A stretch of DNA of 64,000 nucleotides from Pristiophorus japonicus (taxonomy: Eukaryota). The stretch spans positions 60,140,001 through 60,204,000 of the forward strand of contig NC_091997.1 in the NCBI RefSeq assembly GCF_044704955.1, in the 5' to 3' direction. Below the pieces are notes generated by a model. That model was not told the DNA's origin. It was given only the letters and a program-made list of their open reading frames with translations, and did not search any database. Each line of letters starts with the position of its first letter. Position 1 is the first letter of the stretch. The position numbers were made by a program, and so were the translations under genes. Shown here one piece after another: positions 1-9,286 of the stretch.

Positions 1-99
1 GTCCTGGAGCAGAGCGACGATTGGCTCCTGTGACGGGCAGAGTGGGTCAGCTAGAGGGGAGGGAGGTGGCCCACCCTGAGAGAGTGTCCAGGGCCGCAA

Positions 100-340
100 A
101 CAACCACTTGCATTTATATAGCGCCTTAAACGTAGTAAAACATCTCAAATTGCTTCACAACAGTAATTATCAAACAAAATCTGACACCGAGCCAGATAAG
201 GAGATATTTGGGCAGGTGACCAAACGATCGGTCAAATAGGTCAGTTTGAAGGAGTGTCTTAAAAAAGGAGAGAGAGGTAGAAAGGCTGAGAGGTTTAGGG
301 AGGGAGTTCCAGTGCTTGGGACAAAGGCAGCTGAATGGTG
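100..340 (-). mobile_element. L2-clade LINE 3' end fragment
   Basis: Reverse complement matches the L2 3' tail at 31031-31350. The same opening (ttgcatttatatagcgcc) recurs at 63905-64000. Confidence 0.7.
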
Positions 341-459
341 GAGCGATTAAAATTGGGAATGCAAAAGAGACCGGAGATCTCAGAGGGCTGTCGGAGGTTA
401 CAGAGATAGAGAGGGATGCATACATGAGGGAATATGACATTAAATTAATTCACGGCCTT

Positions 460-1000
460 CCCCTTAAATGCATCATTGCTATTTGCCTCTCGTTCCACAT
501 TCACAGCACTCTCTGGGTAAAGAAGTTTCTCCTGAATTCCCGATTGGATTTATTAGTGACTATCTTATTTTTATAACCCCTAATTATGGACTCCCCACAA
601 GTGGAAACATTTTCTCTATGTCTATTTTTTATTCATTCTCAGAATGTGGGCATTACCAGCAAGGTGGTGGTGAGCCGCTTTCTTGAACCGCTGCAGTCCA
701 TGTGGTGAAGGTGCTCCCATAGTGTTGTTAGGGTGGGAGTTCCAGAATTTTGACCCAGTGATGATGAAGGAACGGCCGATACATTTCCCAGTCAGGATGG
801 TGTGTGACTTGGAGGGGAGCTTGGAGGTGTGGTGTTCCCCTCCAAGTCACACACCATCCTGACTTGGAAATAGATGTCTACCCTATCGAACCCCTTCACA
901 ATTTATGACCTCTATCAGATCACCCTCTCAGTCTTGTCCCTGGAGAACAGAGAGCCGAGTTCCTGATGGTTATTGCCTCTCAGTTCTGGCACTTTTCTTG
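460..1000 (-). mobile_element. CR1 ORF2 C-terminal fragments, interrupted by another LINE 3' end
   Basis: ctctctgggtaaagaagtttctcctgaattcc is the reverse complement of the CR1 'EFRRNFFTQRV' block. Homology resumes near 875. Confidence 0.65.
645..870 (-). mobile_element. 3' end of a second LINE family, ending in a fold-back
   Basis: Highly similar to 22978-23166 (aaggtggtggtgagccgc...ttgaaccgctgcagtcc...gtcaggat). Inverted repeat at 790-818/836-864. Confidence 0.65.
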
Positions 1001-1166
1001 TCTCATGGGACTCATGCTGGGGTGAGTAAGAGGGCCATAATCTTATCATTAGAGCTAGGCATTTCAGGGGTGTTTAAGATACTTATGGATTTGATAGGGT
1101 AGATAGAGGGAACCTGATTCCTCTGGTCTGCACAGAGCAGGATTAAACTGAGTGCACTTAATCAGA

Positions 1167-2215
1167 GGGGTAGAACTTGCCCCCTGCCCGAAAAGCACCC
1201 CTGTTATTACCGCAGCTGGGGTTCAGGTCGCCTCTTGAGCGACATTCAGCTCTTTGTTGTTTTTTTTCCTTGGATCCGGAAGTCGCTCTTAATGGGGGTG
1301 GTGACTACACTTGAGGGGTGGTGGGGGGGGCGATATGGGTGAGTATACCGGAGGGGTGGATATGGGCGGTGAGTACACCGGAGGGGTAGATATGGTCGGT
1401 GAGTACACCGGAGGGGTGGATATGGGCGGTGAGTACACCTGAGGGGGGGATATGGGCGGTGAGTACACCTGAGAGGGGGATATAGGCAGTGAGTACACCG
1501 GAGGGGTAGATATGGTCAGTGAGTACACTGGAGGGGTGGATATGGGCGGTGAGTACACCGGAGGGGTAGATATGGTCGGTGAGTACACCGGAGGGGTGGA
1601 TATGGGCGGTGAGTACATCTGAGGGGGGGATATGGGCGGTAAGTACACCGGAGGGGTAGATATGGTCGGTGAGTACACCGGAGGGGTGGATATGGGCGGT
1701 GAGTACACCTGAGGGGGGGATATGGGCGGTGAGTACACCTGAGGGGGGGATATGGGCAGTGAGTACACCGGAGGGGTGGAAATGGGTGGTGAGTACACCT
1801 GAGGGGGTGATATGGGCGGTGAGTACACCGGAGGGTGGATATGGGTGGTGAGTACATCGGAGGGGTGGATATGGGCAGTGATACACCTGGGGGGGGGGCG
1901 AAATGGGTGAGTACACCGGAGGGGTGGATATGGGTGGTGAGTACACCTGAGGGGGGGGATATGGGCAGTGAGTACACCGGAGGGGTGGATATGGGCGGTG
2001 AGTACACCTGAGGGGGGGATATGGGCGGTGAGCACACCTGAGTGGGGGGGGGGAATATGGGTGAGTACACCTGCGGGGGGGAAGCTGGGGGTGGTGCGGA
2101 GTGAGCACTGTGATGACGTCATCACTTAAAGGGGAGAGCCTCCGTAATTTTAGAACTTCGGCCCACTGGGCCACCAGGGAGAATTTCCTGGGCAGCAGCC
2201 TGGCATCGGAGGGGA
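1167..2215 (+). mobile_element. Non-autonomous Harbinger-like element/MITE (copy A) containing a minisatellite
   Basis: Starts ggggtag-N10-ctgcccgaaa. Shares attcagctctttg...gtcgctcttaatgggg with the reverse complement of 14714-14853. Right end not defined. Confidence 0.55.
1330..2075. repeat. G-rich minisatellite, 30-bp unit (gagtacaccggaggggtggatatgggcggt)
   Basis: 30-bp periodicity directly visible, about 25 copies. Confidence 0.95.
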
Positions 2216-2254
2216 GCTCAGAATGCTGTCTAAGGTGGGGGCAGAGCAGGGTAT

Positions 2255-2759
2255 AAATGTGGTGGTGATAGGGGCTCTATATTTCGGGGATAGATAGCAT
2301 CCTCTGCAGCCAAGAACGAGAATCCTGAAGTATGTGTTGTCTACCCGGTGCTAGGGTAAGGGATACCTCATGGTGGCTGGAGAGGAACTAGGAAAGGGAT
2401 CGGTAAATCCAGTTGTCGTGGTCCATGTTGGAATAAACTACATAGGTAGGAACAGGGAGGAGGTCTTGCAGAAGCAGTATCGGGAGTTAAGCTCTGCATT
2501 AAAAAGTAGGACCTCGAGGGTAATAATCTCTGGATTATTACCCGGGTCACGTGCAAATTAGCAAAGTTGACAGATCAGGAGAATTAACACATGGCTAAAG
2601 GGCTGGTGTGGAAAAGAGGGGTTCCTTTACATGGGACACTGGCACCAGTTCTGGGACAGGAAGGAGCAGTACCGATGGGACGGGCTCCATCTGAATCGGG
2701 ATGGGTCCCTTGTCCTAGTGGAAAGGGTAAATAGGGAGGTGGCAAAGGCATTAAACTAG
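2255..2759 (+). pseudogene. CR1 ORF1 SGNH/GDSL-like esterase domain remnant
   Basis: ORF 2370-2561 PVVVVHVGINYIG...VIISGLLP, with DGLHL downstream. Parallels the domain at 47681-48532. Confidence 0.8.
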
Positions 2760-4305
2760 TAAGCTGGGGGAGAGATCTACATAACCTGTCTAAATGTAAA
2801 TAATACAGGAAAAGAGAGCATAGGAAACAATAAAGTGAGGGAGGACACTGGTGGTAACGGAATAAATTGAGTTAGGATTAGGGATTACTGAGACATGGAT
2901 ACACTGGGAATTAAACATTGCTTGGTATAACATATTTAGAAAAGATAGAGGGAAAAAGGGGGGATGGAGTAGCTGTACTTATTAGGGATAACACAATGGC
3001 AGTAGAAAAAAGTGACGCAGATATCAGCGAATCCATATAGAGAAAGAGATTAAAGATAATAAAGGATCAATCACACTGATCGATGTAGTCTACAGACCAC
3101 CTTATAGTGGAAGGGAGCTGGAGGAAGAAATATACCGACAAATTTGGGAAATGAGTAAAAAACATAAAATAATAATGGAGGATTTCAACTACCCCGATAT
3201 TAATTGGACAGAAGAGGTAGGTAAAGGGGATAAGGGAATGGAGTTCCTACAATGTGTACTGGACTCCTTTCTAACTCAATATGTAAAAAGCCCAACAAGG
3301 GAGGATTCGCTATTAGATCTTGCAATGGGGAATGAACCAGAGCAGATAAGAGAAATAAAGGTAGGAGAACATCAAGGCAATATTGACCATAATACACTTT
3401 AAAATGATAATTGAGAAGGGCATAAGAATGACAAAAACCAGGGTAATGGATTGGAGAAAAACTTATTTTGAGGGTCTGAGAACTTGGGAAAATAAAATGG
3501 GCAACAGTATTGTAGAGCAGCAATGGGAAACATTTAAAGCGGTGTTCAACAGAGTGCAGGAACAATATATTCCGCTAAAAGGAAAGAACAAACTAAAGAC
3601 AAATCGATGGATGAATAAAGCCACAAGGGAACAATTGAGGGTAAGGAAAGAGGCATACATTAATTACATAGACAGCAGGGGAGTGTATGAAAAGGGAGAA
3701 TACGGAAAGATTAGGTGACAATTAGGAAGGCGATGAGCAATTATGAAATTCAATGATCAAGGAACATAAAACAAAATAGTAAAATATTTTACAGGCGCAT
3801 CAATAAATAAAGGAAGATTGGGATGGGAATAGGGCCATGAGGGGATAGACAGGATAATACCACAGGTAACGATAGAGAGATGGCAGAAATATTAAATCAT
3901 TATTTTGCTTCAGTATTTACCGGGGAGATAGAACAGGTGGACACGACATTGGATGATGAGATTAGTAATGAGATGGTGCATTTAAAATACAAAGAGGGGA
4001 TATATTAAATAAACTAATCAAACTCAAAGATGATATACCCCTGGTCCGGATGGATTGCATCCACGCATTTTAAAAGAATCTAGGGAAGAGATAGCAGAGG
4101 CATTACTGCACATTTTTAATAATTTGTTAGAAAAAGCTGTAGTGCCAGAGGACTGGCGGATCACTAATGTAATACCTATATTTAAGAAGGGGGATAGAAC
4201 ATGTCCAGGGAATTATAGATCAGTCAGCTTAACATCGGTGGTAGGAAAATAATGGAAACCCTACTAAAGGAGAAAATAGAAGAATATCTAGAAACCAAAA
4301 ATATT

Positions 4306-4624
4306 GGGGCAGAAATTCCGGCCTCCTGGGTCTGTCCAGAGTGTGTACGGAGTGTGTAAGGACCCGGGAAGGCATCGCAAAAGCTGGTTTTCAGCGCACA
4401 ATGTGCATTATTATGAATGAGAACATACTTTTATGATTGGCTGCCCAGAGCCATGTGACTCCAGGCCTATGCATGTCCCGAAGTGCATGTGCTGCGTTGC
4501 GCAGTCAGAGAAGGTCTCAGGACCGGGATCTTGCATGGGTGCAGCAGGTTAAGGTAAATACGCATTTTTTAAAGTTTTTCACCCGATCGCCTGCAGGAAG
4601 TAGTCGACCGCGGCTTTTGGGCCT
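4306..4624. mobile_element. MITE-like insertion in CR1 ORF2
   Basis: CR1 RT sequence stops at ...gaaaccaaaaatatt and resumes taataatgaatagtcagcatgg. The insert begins ggggcagaaattcc (Harbinger-like terminus). TSD not clean. Confidence 0.65.
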
Positions 4625-6143
4625 TAATAATGAATAGTCAGCATGGATTTCAAAAAGGAAAGTCTTTCTTGACCAACCTCACTTAATTTTTTGAAGTGGT
4701 AACAGAGAGAGTAGATGTAATTTATCTAGATTTTCAAAAGGCTTTCAATAGGGTACCCCATAATAGACTAATGAATAAGGTCAAAAAATGCGGAGCCAGG
4801 GGACAAGTAGCAGAATGGATCGCTAGCTGGCTTCAAGGGTAAAGGGTAGTTATTCACAGGGGCAGAAGGTGGGTAGTGGTGTTCCACAAGGATCAGTGCT
4901 GGGACCACTGTTGTTCACAATTTATATTTATGATTTAGAATTTGGAATCAAGAACACAATTTCGAAATTTGCAGATGACACTAAATTGAGGGATAGTCAA
5001 TACTGAGGAAGACTGCAACAAATTACAGGGAGACATTCATAAACTTGCAGAATGGGTATATAATTGGTAAATAAAGTTCAACACAGATAAATGTGAGATT
5101 TTACATTTTGGTAGGAAGAATAGGGAGGTCACTTATTACTGGGAGGGTGCGAATCTGGGTGGGGTAGAGGAACAAAGGGATCTCGGAGTACAAATACACA
5201 CATCACTAAAAGTAGCAACACAGATTAGCAAGGCCGTAAAAAAGCAAACCAAGCATCAGGGTTTATTTCTAGAGGCATAGAATTGAAAAGTAGGGAAGTT
5301 ATGCTAAACCTGTATTGAACCTTGGTTAGTCCACATTTTGAGTACTGCGTACAGTTCTGGTCACCATATTATAAAAAGGATCTAGAGTCACAGGAGAGGG
5401 TGCAGAGAAGATTTACAAGAATGATACCAGAAATGCGAGGATATACATATCAGGAAAGGATGAACAGGCTGGGTCTCTTTTCGCTGAAAAAAGAGAGGCT
5501 GAGGGGTGATCTAATAGAGTCTTTAAAATTAGGAATGGTTTGGATAGAGTGGATACAGAGAGAATGTTTCCACTTGTGGGGAACAACAGTGCGTGGAACC
5601 AATTTCAACAGACTCTCCATGTTCCTTTGGAAGATGACTGCAGCCGAGCGGATCCCGAACGGGCACCTGTGATACAAAAACAGACCCTTGTGTGTGTTAA
5701 TGCATGTTCATTTTTTCAATGACTCAGCCAGCTCCTGCGTCATGTAAGCGGAGGTTAGATCCAGCTTGGTGAATGCCTTTCCCCCTGCTAATGTTGCAAA
5801 GAGATCATCGGCTTTGGGTAGCGGGTACTGGTCCTGTAATGAAACTCGGTTGATCGTTACCTTGTAGTCGCCGCAGATTCTGACCGTGCCATCGCGCTTT
5901 AGTACCGGAACAATCGGGCTGGCTCATTCATTGAATTCGACTGGTGAAATGATTCCCTCGCGTTGAAGTCTGTCCTATTCGATCTCCACTTTCTCCTTCA
6001 TCATGTAAGGGACTGCTCGAGCCTTGTAATGAACAGGCCGTGCCTCGGGGACCAAGTGGATCTGTGCTTTGGCGCCTGTGAAGTTGCCGTTGCCTGGTTC
6101 AAATAAGGATGGGAATTTGCTCAGCACTTGAGCACAGGAAATA

Positions 6144-7100
6144 TCATCCACTGAAGATAGTGCTCTGACGTCTTCCCAGTTGCAACAAATCTTCCCCATC
6201 CAGCTTCTGCCCGTTGCCTGGTACAACCCACAGTGGCAATTCGTGTATCTCTCCATCATAGGATACTTTTACGTTCGCACTGCCGATAATTGGGATCAGT
6301 TCCTTGGTGTAGGTGCGCAGCTTTGTCTGAATTGGGCTCAGCTTGGGTCTTTGTTCTTTGTTGCCCCACAACCTCTCAAATGCCTTCTGGCTCATAAGTG
6401 ACTGACTCGCCCCCATGTCCAACTCCATGGAAACAGGAATGCCCTTTATCTTGACTTTCATCATCATGGGGGGACTTTTGGAGGTGAAGGTGTGCACCCC
6501 GTGCACTGCTTCCTCAGACTGAGTCGCCTCTCTAGCTTGTACTTTATGATCCTTGCTGGATCGGAAACATCCTGCCAACTCCTCTGCCACGTTTTGAGCC
6601 GCAGTTCTTCTGCACATTCGCTGTGGGTGGCCCTTGTGGCCACAGCCTTTGCACACATAGTGTCTGAATCGACACAGACGGGCCCAATGGTTACCCCCGC
6701 AACACCAGCATGTTAAATGATTCACATTTACACCCCTTGGCGGACTCTGAGTCGGACTAATTCTTTGATCAACAGTTATTTTCTGCACAGTACTTGCCAG
6801 TGAGTTTTGATTCTGGGAGAATCTCAACGTTGAGGTCATGAACGCCTGGCTTAAGGTGATGGTCCGCGTCCCGTCCCGTCCCGTCGCGAAAATATCCCGC
6901 AACACAGTGTTGAGGAGTTCGCCAAAATCGCACGGTTCCGCAAGCCTTTGTAGGTCAACGACATATTCTGCTAAATCCTGGCCCTCAGTGCAGCGGTGTG
7001 TGTAGAAGTGATACCGGGCCAGCGAAACCCGAGTAAAGGCTTCACCCTCTGTAAACTGTCCTAAACTACCAATGGCAGCCATCTCTGTGTGTAAGTCCAT
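6144..7100 (-). pseudogene. Gypsy gag-protease ORF (318 aa, degraded)
   Basis: CCHC knuckles present. Protease D-T-G appears as D-M-G. Frameshifted before RT. Confidence 0.8.
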
Positions 7101-7120
7101 GATCTGAACTCATCAACAAT

Positions 7121-7324
7121 TAATATCTCTACTTATCTATTGAATAACTCCACGAGGCCTAGTGCTATGCTTGAACTGCTGTGACCTTAGTCTCTTTATT
7201 GTAACTACAGAGTGCCTTCACTGCGTGGTGACCAGCCTTTTATACAGCTCCTGCCTGGGCCTCCCACAGTTGCACCCTCTAGTGGTACCTGCATAGTATA
7301 TACACAAAGTATACATATATGACA
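7121..7324 (-). repeat. Gypsy 5' LTR
   Basis: Minus strand begins TG and carries tataaaa and aataaa. Followed by a degenerate PBS-like tgttgatgag just before gag. Confidence 0.7.
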
Positions 7325-7629
7325 CCATCAATATAAGATAGTAACCAAGAAATACAATAGGGAATTCAGAAGAAACTTCTTTACCCAAAGAGTGGTGAGA
7401 ATGTGGAACTCACTACCACAGGAAGTGGTTGAAGCGAATAATATAGATACATTTAAGGGGAGGCTAGACAATCATATGAAGGAGAAGGGAATAGAGGATT
7501 ATGCTGATAGATTTAGATGAGGAAAGACTGGAGGAGGCTCGAGTGGAACATAAACACCGGCATGGACTGGTTGGGCCGAATGGCCTGTTTCTGTCCCGTA
7601 TATCCCGTGTAATCCTATGGCAGGGGAGA

Positions 7630-7795
7630 CCTAATAAATGCAATAGGGAAATCAGGAGAAACTTCTTTACCCAGAGACTGGTGAGAATGCGGCACTCGGT
7701 ACCACAGGGAGTGGTTGAGGCGAATAGTATAGAGACAGTTAAGGGGAAGCTGGATAAACAGATGAGGGAGCAAGGAAATGAAGGATATGTTGATT
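7630..7795 (+). mobile_element. CR1 ORF2 C-terminal fragment
   Basis: Translates REIRRNFFTQRLVR...KGKLDKQM. Confidence 0.75.
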
Positions 7796-7844
7796 CTTTA
7801 TTGATATATTTTTGGGCCCTTATCATGTCATGCCTCAAATTACT

Positions 7845-7960
7845 CATAGAAACATAGAAACATAGACAATAGGTGCAGGAGTAGGCCATTTGGCCCTTCG
7901 AGCCTGCACCATTATTCAATATGATCATGGCTGATCATTCCCTCAGTACCCCATTCCTGC
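7845..7960 (-). mobile_element. CR1 3' UTR and tail
   Basis: (catagaaa)n tail and stem-loop, same family as the ends at 16860-16960 and 51502-51591. Confidence 0.8.
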
Positions 7961-7999
7961 TGTATCATATACTGTATTCCAAAATAGATGGGTGTCACA

Positions 8000-8105
8000 G
8001 CTTGACATCTCATTGAAGAATGACACCTCCAACAATGCAACACTCCCTCAATACTGTATAGGACTGCCACCCTCGATTATAGATTGAAGTTAAGAGTGGG
8101 GCTTA
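8000..8105 (-). mobile_element. Decayed SINE fragment (same type as 20431-20893)
   Basis: acaatgcaacactccctcaatactg is the reverse complement of the SINE core cactgagggagtgctgcattgt. Confidence 0.5.
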
Positions 8106-8429
8106 AAGGGGGGATTGTGAGGGAAGGCAGGATGGAGATGGGAAGCAGTGCAGACTGCTGGATATAAATTAATTTCTAACATTACTGAACAATAACAAGA
8201 ATCCAACAGAGGAACACATAAACACAGATGGGACACAAAAGCAAGTGTCTTCCAGCATAATCAGAAGGGAGAATGAAGGCAAGATTTGATTGGACAGCTA
8301 GAATGTTCAACCTAACAAGTACTGGCTTATCTCAGTGCTCGGAGCAGTCTCTTGTCACTGCACATGTCCATACAATGGTGCCTCCGGTACATACCATTCA
8401 CATTCTGGTCCCCATTGAATGATAACATT

Positions 8430-8600
8430 CTTAGAGGGCAGGGTAGATGCTGAGAGATTGTTTCCCCAGGATGGAGAGTCTAGAATCAGGAGTCATAATC
8501 TCAGGATAAGGGGTCGGCCATTTAGAACTGAGATGAGGAAAAATGTCTTCACTCAGAGGGTGGTGAATCTTTGGAATTCTCTACGCCAGAGGGCTGTGGC
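8430..8600 (+). mobile_element. CR1 ORF2 C-terminal fragment
   Basis: Translates RVDAERLFP...FRTEMRKNVFTQRVVNLWNSL. Confidence 0.8.
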
Positions 8601-8677
8601 TGTCGAACTAAACTTGCCTGTAATAGTTTTTTTAAACGAAGCACGAAAAGTTTGCATGCAAAGGTTGGTCAGGCGGA

Positions 8678-9280
8678 GATGTGTTTGTTTACTCTGGGAA
8701 AAATACAAAAGCAGTTTAAAGCCATAAAGGTCTGTTGCCAGGGTAACAGCTTTCTCAGAGTGGGCTGCTGATAACTGAAGCCACGCCCTATCTCCGCCGA
8801 AGGACATCGTAATGATGCAAAGGCCCTTTAGACTGACCATGCACTGAGTCCCCGGGAGAACACTATCCCTGGGAGAGTCCCCGGTTCAGGAAACTCGGCC
8901 GAATACGGCCATATTCATTGGTCTGCTAGTCGCAGGAGTTGCATTTTAACTTTATATTTGGATAAACTGGAAAAATACAATCTTTGTTTTTTTAAGCACA
9001 AATGTACAGAAACCCCAGGGGATTCTCGTCCCATTCCCGGCAGTTTGAGCTCAGAAACGGATTCCAGGAGCCAGTTCAACGGAGGCGACAATGGTGACCA
9101 TGCCTCCCACACGCAGCGAGGTGGAGAAAAGGCCCCATCAATACCTCGGGCCGCACTGCATTCTGGGGCATTGAGTCACCTGACCCCGTGTTTCAGCCAA
9201 TAGTGACTGGCCGGAGGGCGGAACCTTTAAAATGCGTGGGAGAGGTTGAGAGCGCGGTGAGACCTGCTGGGTGAGGGGAT
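8678..9280 (+). promoter_or_regulatory. Promoter-like island
   Basis: TGTTTAC 8686-8692; X-box GTTGCCAGGGTAAC 8734-8747; GCCACGCCC 8780-8788; ZNF143-like TGCATTCTGGG 9157-9167; TGAGTCA 9172-9178; CCAAT 9197-9201; GGGCGG 9216-9221; TTTAAAA 9226-9232; donor-like GTGAG at 9257 and 9271. Motif evidence only. Confidence 0.45.
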
Positions 9281-9286
9281 AAAAAC

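Larger units (their letters stand above)
5590..7324 (-). mobile_element. 3'-truncated Gypsy/Ty3 LTR retrotransposon (5' LTR, gag, protease, part of RT) inserted in CR1
   Basis: Gag zinc knuckles CWCCGGNHWARLC and CKGCGHKGHPQRMC; protease-like MELDMGAS; KARAVPY and RICGDYKVTIN RT motifs on the minus strand. Confidence 0.9.
2255..7612 (+). mobile_element. Decayed near full-length CR1 LINE (ORF1 esterase, ORF2 EN-RT, 3' UTR) with nested insertions
   Basis: Motifs CCLPGAR and VVVVHVG (ORF1); DFNYPDINW, HPRILKE, GNYRSVSLTSVVGK, GVPQGSVLGP, KFADDT, EYCVQFWSP (ORF2). 3' stem-loop ggactggttgggccgaatggcctgtttc near 7565-7592. Many stops and frameshifts. Confidence 0.9.

Noticed and set aside
2110-2125. 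16-bp palindrome gtgatgacgtcatcac containing a CRE
   Set aside because: Lies inside a MITE body; no independent sign of function.
1289-2174. Extensin-like Pro-rich ORFs (PPVYSPPIST)
   Set aside because: Translation of a 30-bp minisatellite that is open in several frames, with frameshifting unit variants.
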